A stretch of DNA of 62,535 nucleotides, filler included, from Nemertoderma westbladi (Eukaryota; Animalia; Xenacoelomorpha), in NCBI GenBank assembly GCA_032718475.1. It is 4 parts of 4 records of this genome, joined end to end, with 100 filler letters (N's around TTAATTAATTAA, not from the genome) between each part and the next. Parts side by side here need not be neighbours in the genome. Positions count along the whole stretch, not along the records: positions 43,178 to 58,368 come from JAUCBJ010001537.1; positions 58,469 to 62,535 come from JAUCBJ010004578.1; 2 more parts are not named here. One strand, given 5' to 3'. Under the pieces are notes generated by a model that did no database searches, had not been told where the DNA came from, and worked only from the letters and a program-made list of their open reading frames with translations. Of the stretch, positions 48,575 through 61,115 are shown piece by piece; the stretch's first letter is position 1; every line of letters begins with the position of its first letter. A program made the translations under genes and the position numbers.

Positions 48575-49689
48575 TATATGAACTTAAACACAGAATACTA
48601 TTACTGGGAAAATTAGAACTCTTATATGGGGAAAAAATTATATTATATTATTGGGGGATTATTATTATATAATTAAATTATATAAGTGAATTTTGTGCTT
48701 ACCAATAGGAGTTGTGCATTGGAGATTATTTAAGTATTATAAAATACATATTCTATTATGTACATCAATAACTGAAATGAAAAATTATTTTACTGAAGGT
48801 ATTTAACTTTGGACATACTGATATCTATAGAGTAACTTGTGCAGAAATTTTGATAATTCAGGTGTAAATTGTTTATATTATTATTTCGTACCAATGTTAA
48901 CGTTTTGTGCTCCATTATTCAATATGTCAATAAACATATGTATATAGCCCCATTAGGATAAACAATTTCGTTTAAATTATTATTGACAAAGACAGACAAA
49001 TTGTATTATACAAGTGAAAGTTAGTTTCTAAAAACTGGCTTAAAACTGGTTAAAACAGTGCCATCTAATTTTAATTCATCTGAAGAATTATGTGAGCTGA
49101 TGAATATGGTGCAGTACATGATCACCCAATGGTACAACAGATAACAATGCAAAAGGTCAGCCACCGTTGATAACTACTACGTTTAAAAGAGCCGATTATT
49201 GACTTACAATCGTACGGAGCTTCTGGCTTCTCATTGTGTTGACAGAACTTTTAACCTTAGTAGTCACTATGTAATTATCATAACATATAAAAATATGAAA
49301 CTATGACAGCGGGAAACAAATGAACATCCACTAATGATCAGTCCCATCTTGATTCATTATAATGCTTTATTCGAAATTCTTTATTTTTTTTCGCTTTTTT
49401 TTTCGAAACTTATCATTATTTTTTTGCGAATGAAAGCCCTGATCGGAGAAATTGGTGGTGCTTTTCTTAAAGTTCCAGATGATTTAATAATTGGATCCAA
49501 TGATGAAAAATCTTTAGTGAAAGCCATAGATTCAACTTTAGTGGGATCCACGCGTCTTTTGTGTGCAAACATTCTGAAGAAGAATTAGTTACATTAGTTA
49601 ATAGTTGCATTTATTAGGTTCATTAGGGCTCAAATCGAGTTCGTTTTCGTTCTACTCAACAATTCCCGTTATAGTCGTTATAAGTCCTC

Positions 49690-49985
49690 ACAATTGTGAC
49701 GTTGTTTTAGTCGTTATTAGCCCTCCAAATTGAATTGTGGCAATCCACATTCGCCTAAGTATATTAATGCTGATACCACATATTTCTCCACCTCCTCCGA
49801 TAGCAATGGTGGTGCACCATGCATGGCCAAAGTGATTACGTCTACCCTGTTTCATTGGACGTTTTCTCAAACCACTGAAATCATTTAGCACCCATCTGCC
49901 CATCTAGAAAGGGAACTTTTTGGTACCTTGTACTACATAGCAACCTCATGTACGATCCTTCATAGATGGGATCCTTTTAATATTT
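49690..49985 (-). mobile_element. Degraded pogo/Tigger-like transposase N-terminus (HTH/CENP-B-type)
   Basis: Hand translation gives YKVPKSSLSRW and PPLLSEEVEKYVVSALIYLGECGLP in broken frames. Confidence 0.45.
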
Positions 49986-51371
49986 TACAGCTTGGAGAAG
50001 CTTTTCTTCTGTATTACCACTGGACAAATTTAACCGATTGTAGTTTGCAAAAAAAAAATTTTTATATATGAACTCAGTTATGAATTACCGCACCAACTTA
50101 ATTAAACTGATTTATTTCGAAAGATTGAAGCCCCTACTGAAATTTAAAAGACTCAATCCGTTAAATATGTGAAAACAGTGTTAATGCTACCGATTGTTAG
50201 CGCTCACAACAAATCCCCAATTTTCTCTCTGGTTCTTCTTTATTTTCAACTTTCATAATATAAATTAATAATAACAATATCAAAATATCGATGGTACAGT
50301 ATACAGCTATATATTTGCTTTGTAAGATCCTTCGAGTGTATATGGCAATCCTCTATTGTAAAACAATTGGACGCTAGTAAACATTGAATGACCAATGTCA
50401 ATTGAATGTATCGAGAAGTTATGTCTGAGTAAGCGATATGTCAATGGTCTTACAATAATAAATGTAAATGAAAGTTACGTGTATCACAGCACTGGTAATA
50501 TGTGGTTACATATTAATTAATCTGAGGGGTATGTCTGATTAAATATAGTACAAACTCAAGCTAGGACCTGTTATATGCCTTTAGGGTATATGTTTATTTA
50601 TGCTGAAACCAAATCATGGTATCCTGCCACATTAAATCACAACGGAAAAATATTGCAATGAAATACTTAATTTGGTTAGATATAGTGAAGAATACATACA
50701 TATAAAGGTAACACGATATATTGCATTTCCCTTTATAATAAGTAATAACAATTAACCAACTGGAGTTGCGTCAATGAATTATTAATAAGAATGTCTTCTC
50801 GGCGAAATAAACCATATTATATTTAATAGCAATAATAATATTCAACACAATAAGAAGAATATTGTAAGATTTTTTTTAATAAAGGTGTCTATCAATATGA
50901 TATCAATATCTATCTATCGATCGATCGAGATGTTTCTGTAACGGCTCAATCTCAGTAATGTCAAGGGGGTTGACTAGTGGTAGAAATTCCATGTTCACTT
51001 TTGGGTCCTCAGGTTGGATAACATAATGTTGTTTTAGTAACACACATTTTGGATGGTCTTTTATACCGTATAAGGGAGGATGAGGAGGACATTCTCAATA
51101 TTTTTATTGTGGATGATGATTGTCTTAATTCTTTCCTCTCGTCTTGGTTCAGAGATAATCCAATTATCATGATCGTCAAGTACAGGCTCTGCGATGGGAG
51201 CATCCAACATTGGAATGTCATCTACAAGATGGCTACCTTCAAGTGTTTCTCTTTCGACAGGATTATGGTGTATAACTTTAGGATACAATGAAATTAAGAA
51301 AACAATAGCAATTACAACGTATTTAAATATCATTTTAATTATATATACACAACAAATGTTACAGGCAGTAA

Positions 51372-51416
51372 ATACAAATACGACGTTTCGCGTCCAACAG
51401 ACACCATTATCAAGTA
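51372..51416 (-). ncRNA. Hammerhead-like motif, U3/A8 core variant, helix I weak
   Basis: Minus strand reads TTGATAA-tg-GTGTC-tgttg-GACGC-GAAA-CGTCG-TA. Confidence 0.4.
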
Positions 51417-51869
51417 AGCTAAAGTAAGGAAAATTACAGACTGACAAAATACAACAGGGAAAAAATTAACCTAAATTATAAATAATGACAGAGGCCTACC
51501 GCAGTAGCTATGTACAGTACATACTATCAAGCAAAAACACACCATCGATCAGGGAGTCAGGTGTTCTAAGTGGACAAGGATTGGGGGGGGGGGGGGGGGG
51601 GGGGGGTGTTTACCATACCACATAAGATAACTACAGTAGACGTAATTCGAGGGAATTTAATTTAGGGTACAAATTAAATATATTCTGTTGACTCATAATA
51701 TTCAAGTATGTTTTGCGAAGAAATTAAGCATATTCATCAAAGGATTGAGCATAAGAAAGGTTTTCAACATTGTCTTCAGCAATAGCATTTCGAATTTGAC
51801 ATTCATGTTGTGTTTTGGTGGAATTGGATCGTTGTTGTACCATGTGAAATTTTCAAAAGGCCCTTGACG

Positions 51870-52340
51870 TTAAAAAAAATAAGACAATTATGGCAATCTA
51901 TAAATTTTATAATCAATCGCAAAATATCCAAAAATTCTGGTCCCCGACTTATTATTCACAATTCTCAATCTGAAACTGAACCTCATAAAATAGCTTCAAC
52001 ATTTAATAACTATTATGGCAATCTTAGGAAAAATCTTGAATCAAAAATTCCAACTGTACCTCAATGCTCTTTACAATATTTATCTTCACCCCCAAAACCT
52101 AACAGTCTTAATGAATTTCAGGAAGTCTCAATGTCAGTTGTTTTACTTATCGCAAATAACGTAAAAATCAAAACTAGTTCCAGACATGATGATATTAACG
52201 CATCTGTTGCAATTCCAACCTTGTCTCTTATAGTCCAACCCATTACCTATATAATTAATGATCTATGATCTATGATCTTAAAATAGCCAAAGTAATTCCA
52301 GGATTTAAAGCTAACGATGCCACTTCCCCTATAAATTATC
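51870..52340 (+). mobile_element. LINE ORF2 fragment (region between APE and RT)
   Basis: KIRQLWQSINFII, IASTFNNYY, KTSSRHDDI, PITYIIN, then KIAKVIP in a shifted frame. Confidence 0.7.
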
Positions 52341-52779
52341 AATAATCAATAATAATAGACACAATAATCTTGTTAAGTGTTATATTATAAAACGGCTCGT
52401 AAAACTAGAGCTGCTCCAGCGAGTATTTTTGTATTTCTGAGTCCATAAGTCGGTAACTCAGGCAGATATTTTAGCTGATCTGGCTGATTCTGGGATAGCA
52501 ATTACAGAGACGGACATGAAAAGAAATCGCATGAGGATACTAGGTCAAATAGTTTTAAGATTGCCATTCCTCAAGATGTTTTTAAGAAGGCACTATCTCC
52601 GGAGACATGGCCTTCCGGGGTACGTGTGCGTTGCCTGGCACTATTACAGTCACAACGCAGTAAGCCAAGATAGGGTAACTTCTTGTTATGCTGGTCCTGA
52701 TAAGGTGAAAACCGGTAACTAACTCACTCTTTTTCTGCATTTGTACATAATATTTGTATTAATTTGTTTATAATTTTAT

Positions 52780-54990
52780 ATTTTCATAATGGCTAAACCT
52801 ATTTTATTACACAGTGACGCCTTTTGTGTAACTTCATTTAACAGTACCAGTTTGTCACCCGATAAACTGGATTTTATTAAAGCTCTGTTAGTTGGTAGTG
52901 ATATGGTTTGAATACAGGAACATTTTCTATTGCGTGATAATAGTTACTCTGAGTAAATATATTTCTAGAATTAATGTAATGAACACCCGTTTGTTAGTTG
53001 TGCGTGTTGAATTACCTCATATAAAACCCATTGTAATAATAAAGTGTTATTTTCCAGTAGATAAGCGGGACAATAATGTACCAGATGACTTGCTTACTCT
53101 TATTAATGAAATAAAGCATACATATTATATTATCTCAGCAGCATTGCGATGTCATACTTGCTGAGGGTCTTAATGCTGATTTTTCACGTTTATCTATGCA
53201 TGTTCGTGTATTTAGCCAATGTAATTTAGTGTAATGTAATTCTGCTGGCTGCCCCAATGCGTCACAAAATAGTCAGTTATTCCACATGCGTCGGATAACT
53301 AGGGCGCGATACAAGTATACCATACGTCAGTTGAAACGTTCCGTGGATATTGTGCGCCGAGATAAACTCATACAGGCTTGTTTAAGCTCAACACAGATAT
53401 TTTTAAGGAGATTAAGAAACTTCGCTCAACCCCGAATATCATGACTTCCACCATTGATGGCTGTACTGATCCGAAATCTATCGCTGACTGGTTTGCTAGT
53501 ATTTATTCCGATCTATATAATCAACCATACGACTCAGATTTAGAGTCATTAAGGCTGCTGATTTCAGAAAAACTCCATGATTGTAGCCCTAGAATTCCCT
53601 AGAATTACTCCAGATTTGGTCAGTGAAGGTATACACAGGCTGGAAAGTTCCAAAACAGATGTTACTTTCGGTTTCGACTCAGATTGCCGTATTGCCTCCT
53701 TCCTGAATTATGTTCCCACTTAAGTAAATTATTCAATAGCTTTCTTATCCACGGCTTTGTTCCGCAGTTCTTGTTGACTTGTGTTATTATTCCTTTGTTA
53801 AAGGATAAATTAGGTGACGATTCTTTATCTGGTAATTTATCGGGCAATTGCTCTTTCATCTCTCTTACTTAAATTATTTGAGTGGGTCATGTTAATTTCG
53901 CAGGCTGAATGCCTTCTTCTAGATGAGTTGCAATTTGGGTTTCAACAAGGTTCTAGCACGTCTCATTGTACCTGGGCTGCGACAGAAGTTATTGGTTTTT
54001 ATTCCAGAAACGCTACTCCTGCTATCGGTTGTCTACTCGACTTATCAAAGGCGTACGACATGGTTGAATGGTGCAAGCTATTTCTTGAACTTATTAAAAA
54101 AGGATACTCTCCGTTTTTCCTTCGTACATTATTATGGATCTACAGCAACCAGTCCTGTTGCGTTCCCTGGAATGATGATGCTATTTCAGGAGTCATTTAC
54201 ATTATCTAACGGTGTCCGGCAAGGGTCAGTGGCCTCTCCGATTTTGTTTTGCATATTGCTGGACAAGCTGATATCTAAATTAAGGGCTTCTAAAGTTGGA
54301 TGCTATGTTGGATCTTTTTATTTTGGAATTTTAGGGTATGCGGATGACCTTCTTCTTTTGTGTCCTTCCATCGTGGGTCTACAATTCATGGTTAAGTTAT
54401 GTGAGGATTTCGAAAGAGAGCACCATCTTATATTTAGTACAAACCCGAATCCAGATAAATCTAAATCGATGTGTATTCCATTTGGACGGGTGTGGATTAA
54501 TCCAGTAGCTCCTCTTAAGTTATGCGGTAGAATGCTTCCTTGGGTCAGGAAGGCTCTGCACCTTGGGAACCTATTGGACTACAAAAATTCTATGGAGTCA
54601 GATATTTGAAAAAGGTGAAAATTTATAGGTAAACTTAATTCACATAGACAAGAGTTCTATTTCTCTGATCATTATGTTCTTAGTAATATACAACGTATTT
54701 ATTGTACATCTTTCTATGGTAGTAATTTGTGGGATCTTTTTTCATCTATTTGTACTAGAATATACAATTCATGGAATATAAATATAAGGATTATTTTCAG
54801 ATTACCTTTCGCTACACACAGATATATAGTATAAAATTTATTACAGTTTAAACACCCTTGTTGTATTCTCGTTTTATCACTTTTTGTGCGAGTTTAATAG
54901 TCTAAAAATTCGTGCATTCGTTATTTAGTGGAATTATTATTACCGGATTGTCAATCACGAAGTGGGTGCAATCTATGCTCTATCGCTAAT
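52780..54990 (+). mobile_element. Degenerate LINE (APE remnant and RT)
   Basis: YRAIALSS, LQFGFQQGSST, LLDLSKAYD, GVRQGSVASPILF, GYADD in frameshifted ORFs. Confidence 0.88.
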
Positions 54991-55589
54991 CTATGTAGAA
55001 TTTATTGTACTAAATATATTACTATTAAGTTAATAAGTTAAATGTACCGTATCCGTATGGTATGGTACGTGTACGAAATTTAATAAAATAAATAAATTGT
55101 TTCAACTCACCAGTACTCTAAATCTATACGAAACGATATATATACGATAACAAATTTCGTTTAATTTATTTTTGACAAAGACAGAGAAATTGTATTATCT
55201 AATAATTGTTTAGTAGCACAAAAAGTAATTTTCACCCAATTTTTGGGTTCAGAGACACCAAAATGTGAGGTTTAATTTATGGTTGAAAGCCCCCCCCCCC
55301 CCCCCCCCCCCCCCCTCCCACCACCACCCCTCAAATATATTTAGTAAATGATATTAAAACACAAAGTTAATGGGACATGGTATTACCCTGCAAATTCTGT
55401 TAAAATTAAAAAAAGAATGAAATTTTTTTTGCATATTTTGGGACTTTTACATATCTTGAAGGTTTGACAAACAAATCAGCTGTCAAAAAAATAGGGACGC
55501 TACCAAAAATTTATTCCAAAATTTGTTAATTTTATTAGATTATAAGCATATGAGGGGTAGGTTGCGTAAAATAAAAATGGACTGACTCC

Positions 55590-56270
55590 TGTCTAAGAAA
55601 AAGTTACTTGATGGTAAGGGTATAGGGGGTTTTGGCCGACTCACCACTGATCGAGACATCGACAATTTACAATTATACTATGGCCGAGCCATTTGCAGCA
55701 ATGTGGATTCACTAGATAGGATGAAAAAGGCAGTCTGTGCTATATTCTATCACAAACTTACTACTGATTCTGAACCACAGCATCGCCTTTGTCCGCGGGG
55801 GTCAGACACATGGTGCAAATATAATAAGGCAGCAAATAAATCAACATATAAGCACAGGGGTCTACCATTGGCCATAATGGATGTTTTGCAGCCAACATTT
55901 AGGGATTTAGCGAATCCAGAACTCCTAAAGAAATGTTTACATGGTAAGACGCAGAACAACGAAAGTTTTAATAATATGGTTTGGACCCGTGCCCCAAAAC
56001 AGATCTTTGTTGGGCGAACTGCACTAGATATTGCATGCTATGATTCAATAATCTGCTACAATGATGGGAGCCAGAAACGGATAGAGGTGTTACAGCATCT
56101 AGGATATACAGTTGGCAAACAATGTATTTCTGGACTCTGCGAATTAGATAAACAACGAATATACTGGGCGGATCTAGCATGCAAGTGACATTGCCAAGGA
56201 AGCCAGACGTCAAAGGCGGCAAAAAAGAAAGTTACTTGATGATTCTGGTGATGAAACCAAATACGGTTAT
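55590..56270 (+). mobile_element. DNA transposase C-terminal relic (Mutator-like/Kolobok-related family)
   Basis: DGKGIGGFGRLT...QLYYGRAI...MKKAVCAIFYH...QHRLCPRGSDTWCKYN...LLKKCLHGKTQNNESFNNMVW. Superfamily assignment uncertain. Confidence 0.75.
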
Positions 56271-57016
56271 GGGCTGTTCTAATATTATGTAATATAGGTA
56301 TTATTAGGAATGTGTGTAATTCTTTGTGTCTTTCCATCTGTCTGTTTGTCTGAATGACTGTCAGTAGAACAAAAACAGTCTAGATTCCATCAAATGTGAA
56401 AATTTACATTTAGAATTTTACATTTGTGGTGTGCTTCTACATTTTTTGACAGACAGACTGACAGAAAGACCGACAGACATACATACAGATATAAAGACAG
56501 TCTAGATTTTGTCAAATGTGTAAGGTGAAATCAGAAATGAAGTCACCATCCATGAAAACCCATTTAACAAAAACCTCGGTTTAGTGCAGTTATGTCTTAT
56601 TTTTTGACTGACAGTCCGACGGACAGACAAATATACACCGTACAGTACACAGAATCTCTAGAGTCACTCAAATGTAAAAACTGACATCGGAAATGAAATC
56701 CGACAAGGACAATGAAAACCCCTAGAGCGAAATTTTGGCTGAACGTAGAGCAAAGTTTATTTTACCCAAAATAACTTATCTTTTATTGGCGACATTGTAG
56801 GACTAATCCCATCACATGCATACTTTTTAACAACAACTTTTTAAACTTTTTCGGTAAAATAAACTTATCAATCGAGGTTAAGACCCCTAAATCCCTTCCT
56901 ATAATAAAATGTATAATAACAAAGACCTCGAAAAATACAGCTTGCCAACACATTGTTACTATTAATAATCAAAAATCAGGGGTAATAAAATGGCAGCTGG
57001 CTTTGAAATTAATACT

Positions 57017-57146
57017 CCATATCTCAAGAACCTGTGGCCTAGTGGTTGTAGTCTCGGCTTCCACCTCGAGGTCCCAGGTTCGAATCCGACAACACGCTGA
57101 TGAGACCCAGTAAGGTCGAAACGCGTACATGGTTTGGAGAGATATG
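57017..57146 (+). ncRNA. tRNA-derived Pol III promoter fused to a minimal hammerhead ribozyme (SINE/retrozyme-like unit)
   Basis: A box TGGCCTAGTGG (57035-45), B box GGTTCGAATCC (57077-87), then CACG-CTGATGA-GACC-cagtaa-GGTC-GAAA-CGCG-TA-CATG (57093-57131). Confidence 0.8.
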
Positions 57147-57311
57147 AGATATTAATTTCAAGAAAAATTACGCGATTCCTAAATTTGTACACTAAAAAGT
57201 ATGCATGTGATGGGATTATTCCTACAATTGCGCCAATAAAAGATAAGTTATTTTCGGTAAAATAAACTTATCAATCGAGGTTATGACCCCTAAATCCCTT
57301 CCTATAATAAA

Positions 57312-58368
57312 ATGTTGAGTTTGGTGTCTTCGATTTTGGGCGAATCGGATGATGATACTGAACCAGCCACAGAGTCCGAATTCGATGAAGGGAATTCCAC
57401 TTTTGAAACCTGGCATGCTCCCAAGAGAAGGAGGGTCGATAATAGCACTAGAAGTAGATGTGGAACTAGTGGTGGCCAGAGTGAAATATCTCTAGATTGT
57501 AAAAGTGGGCGTAAATGGAGTTTACAGTCCAACCAACTAACAGTTCGAGAATAATCATTTCCAATGTGATCAAAGAACAATCTGGTGTTAGGGGGGAAGC
57601 AAAGACAGTTCAGTCAATAAAGGAAAGCTTTGAGATCTTCATCAATGACGAAATACTTTCCATAGTTGTCCGGGAAACCAACCGTCGAGCTGTAGAAGAC
57701 ATAACTTATTGGAATGATGGTCACCCAGATCGAATACCAAAAGTTTGGACAATGGTTAATTTTGTAGAGATCAAGGCTTTTATTGGACTACTTTTGTTAG
57801 CTGGAGTGTATAAATCTGCCCATGAATCGCTTGAAGAGTTGTGGAGTATGTCATCACGGCCTGTCTATAGATCTGTAATGAGACTTAATCGGTTTCTTGA
57901 GATTTTGCGCTTCATCCGGTTTGATAATGTCAAATCTAGGAAAGAAAGACAGAAATCCGATAAACTTGCAGAAGTGAGAGATGTTTGGGAAATGTTGCTC
58001 TCAAGATTACGTTTACAGTACAAACCCGGCATTGATATCACTATTGATGAGCAGCTTGTTTCATTCCGAGGATGATGTGGCTTCCGGCAGTATTTACAAT
58101 CCAAACCTGGAAAATATGGAATCACGATTTTCTGGGGATGTGATTCCGAGAATTCATACCCATTGAAAGGGGAAGTATACCTCGGAAAGCAACCTGGTGC
58201 TGACAGGACAGAGAATGTGGCATCAAAGGTTGTAAAAACACTAGTTAGTCCTTGGAAAGGATCTGGACGCAATGTCACCTGCGACAACTTCTTCACAGAT
58301 TGTAAATTGGCTGAAGAACTGCTTGGAATGAATTTAACAATTGTTGACAACTCTGAGAAAAAACAAGA
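57312..58368 (+). mobile_element. piggyBac-family transposase pseudogene (PGBD4-like), runs into the gap
   Basis: EIKAFIGLLLLAG, MRLNRFLEILRFIRFD, TIDEQLVSFRG*, SKPGKYG, VTCDNFFT. One frameshift (~57530) and an in-frame stop (58073). Confidence 0.9.
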
Positions 58369-58468
58369 NNNNNNNNNNNNNNNNNNNNNNNNNNNNNNNN
58401 NNNNNNNNNNNNTTAATTAATTAANNNNNNNNNNNNNNNNNNNNNNNNNNNNNNNNNNNNNNNNNNNN
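58369..58468. other. Assembly gap with artificial linker
   Basis: 44 N + TTAATTAATTAA + 44 N. Confidence 0.97.
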
Positions 58469-58928
58469 ATCGGCCTGCTGCATTGAAACTTGCACATTGA
58501 AATGCTATGCCAGCTTAACAAAGGTCAGGTCAGGTATTCTAGAGGTCATTGATCAAGAAAACTTAGATCATCCGCATCTTCAAGGCCAGTGTCCTTTAAG
58601 ATGCGTCTCAAGAAAGTCATGGGCTGTCCACCATGCTTATTCACTCCATGAGGCTGCCAAAGTACAAGATTATGCACTGGCTGGTCCTCACGGCGAAAAC
58701 AATGTCCTGCAAAGCGGAGGCGATTTTGTTCTAGTATCAAGCTTGGGGGAACCAATGAGACACCTCCAATGTTATATAATGTCTGGTTGGAGATGTGTGC
58801 ATTGTACTTGACACAATGAACCCGGCGTAGCATTCTTGTGAATGTGCCATCCAGAGATTTGGTGTCCTCAGCAGTTAGAGCCCAGAATGGACTCCCATAG
58901 AGGAGTACTGGAACTACTGCTGCTCTAA
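58469..58928 (-). mobile_element. RTE-clade LINE 3' fragment, inverted copy of ~59700-60070
   Basis: VPVLLYGS...TRMLRR...RLRFAGHCFRREDQP. Near-identical reverse complement of the downstream copy. Confidence 0.85.
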
Positions 58929-60177
58929 ATGACCATGGAACCCATTTTGGCACTTAGAAGGATAATTGAAGAGTTATCAAAAAAGAAAGACAGGCATCTG
59001 GCTGTTATCTTTGTTGACTTCTTCAAGGCCTTTGATTCAGTCTCCCGCTCACGTATGTTCAGCATACTTTCATTATATGGGATTCCTGATGAAATTATTG
59101 CAGCAATCAGATCAGTATACGATGGTTCGACAACATTTGTGTCTACTGTTGATGGTGACACAGAACCATTTGAAGTGTTATGGGGCGTCCTCCAGGAGAC
59201 ACACTTGCACCATTCTTGTTCATTATTGTGGTTGACTATGTTCTACGCATGTCCTTAGATCATCAGAATGATGATGGGGTGATGATAACTCCACCTACTG
59301 GCTCCAGAAGTCGAGGAAATCCTGCCAAGTACCTAACTGATCTAGACTTTGCTGATGACTTAGGAGTACTCTCAGAATCATTAGAGGGAGCCCAACGGCT
59401 CCTCAGCTCATTAGAACATGCTGCTTCTAGTGTTGGTCTTTTTATTAACTCCAGAAAGACCAAAATTCTGACAGTTAACTTTGAAAGTCCTCAGCAAGTC
59501 TCTGATCGGATGAGCATAAGCTCAAAGGATGGTATGCTTGAGCATGTGGACGACTTCTGTTACCTGGGATCATGGATCCGGAAGTCAGGTGAGGACCTTC
59601 GAATACGTAAGGGAAAGGCATGGGCAGCCTTGAATAGGCTTTCCATTCCAGGATTTGGAAGTCACCTAGAATTAATCGGAAACTTAAGGTCCGATTATTT
59701 AGAGCAACAGTAGTTCCAGTACTCCTCTACGGGAGTCCATGCTGGGCTCTAACTGCTGAGGACACCAAATCTCTGGATGGCACATTCACAAGAATGCTAC
59801 GCCGGGTTCATTGTGTCAAGTACAATGCACACATCTCCAACCAGACACTATATAACATTGGAGGTGTCTCATTGGTTCCCCCAAACTTGACACTAGAATA
59901 AAATCGCCTCCGCTTTGCAGGACATTGCTTTCGCCGTGAGGACCAGCCAGTGCATAATCTTGTACTTTGGCAGCCTCATGGAGTGAATAAGCATGGTGGA
60001 CAGCCCATGACTTTCTTGAGACGCATCTTAAAGGACACTGGCCTTGGAGATGCGGATGATCTAGCAAATGTCATGGGTGATAGGGAGTTGTGGCGGCGTA
60101 ATTTTGTCGACAAGCCGGCACAGCATTCTTAAAAATGCAGCTGCAATGCAGCATGCCGATCCTAGTAGTAGTAGTAG
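58929..60177 (+). mobile_element. RTE-clade LINE, RT to 3' end with (TAG)n tail
   Basis: FVDFFKAFDS, GVLQ/GDTLAPFLF, DLDFADD, FCYLGS. Ends in TAGTAGTAGTAG. Confidence 0.9.
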
Positions 60178-60179
60178 CT

Positions 60180-60765
60180 TAACAAAAAAATTTGTCACCA
60201 ACATGCAATCCACAATTGGCAAGCCCAATGCAGCATGCATTAAGAATGCTATGCCGGCTTATCAACAAAGTTGCACCGCCACAAACTCCCTACCCCCCAT
60301 GACTTTCGCGAGAACATCCGCATCTTCAAGGCCAGTGTTCTTTAGGGGGCTTTATGCTTATTTTCTACATGGGCTGCAAAACCCAAAGATTGTGACAGTT
60401 GGTCCTCACGGCGAAAACAATGTTCTGCAAAGCGGAGGCGGCTAGTTGTTCTAGTGTCAAGCTTGGGGGAACCAATGAGACACCCCAATATTCTATAGTG
60501 TCTGGTTGGATATGAGTGAAGTGTACTTGTCACAGTGAACCCGACGTACAGTAGCAGTCTTGTGAATGTGCCATCCCGAGATTTGGTATCCTCAGCAGTT
60601 AGAGCCCAGCATGGACTCCCATACTACAGGAGAACTGGTAGTACTGCTGCTCTAAATAATCGGATCTTAAGTTTCCGACGAATTCTGTGTGACTTCCAAA
60701 TCCTGGAAAGCCTGACTTCCGGATCCATGATCCTAGGTAACAGCAGTCGTCCACATGCTCAAGCA
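60180..60765 (-). mobile_element. Diverged RTE 3' fragment of the same family
   Basis: LEHVDDCCYLGSWIRKSG and RLRFAEHCFRREDQ on the minus strand. Confidence 0.8.
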
Positions 60766-61115
60766 TAATGCTGGATTGTTCATGGAAGGTGTCGTTGGTT
60801 ATGGTTTGGATCACAGTAAATCGTGTGGGAGCGGTAACAAACTGTTGTTCCTTCACAAAATACTATATGTATCCCACACAAATAAATAATAATATTTAGG
60901 TTATTACAGTATCTATCTTGTTTACTTGGCTTATGTATCGAATCATTTATTCAATAAATTCATACAATGCAATATCATCAATGTAATATAATTTTAATAA
61001 TATATGAGAGTATAATAAGTTGTATAGTAGTATAGTGTTATTCTGTTATGTGATAATAATTTTTCATTTATCTCCACCAGAGTTTAGGTGGATTGAGTTT
61101 CAGGATATCCCGCAC

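Noticed and set aside
51009-51447. Cluster of short ORFs
   Set aside because: No recognisable domain, and upstream in-frame stops.
6812-57090. Functional tRNA genes at the A/B-box motifs
   Set aside because: Acceptor and anticodon stems do not pair properly, so they fit SINE heads or pseudogenes better.
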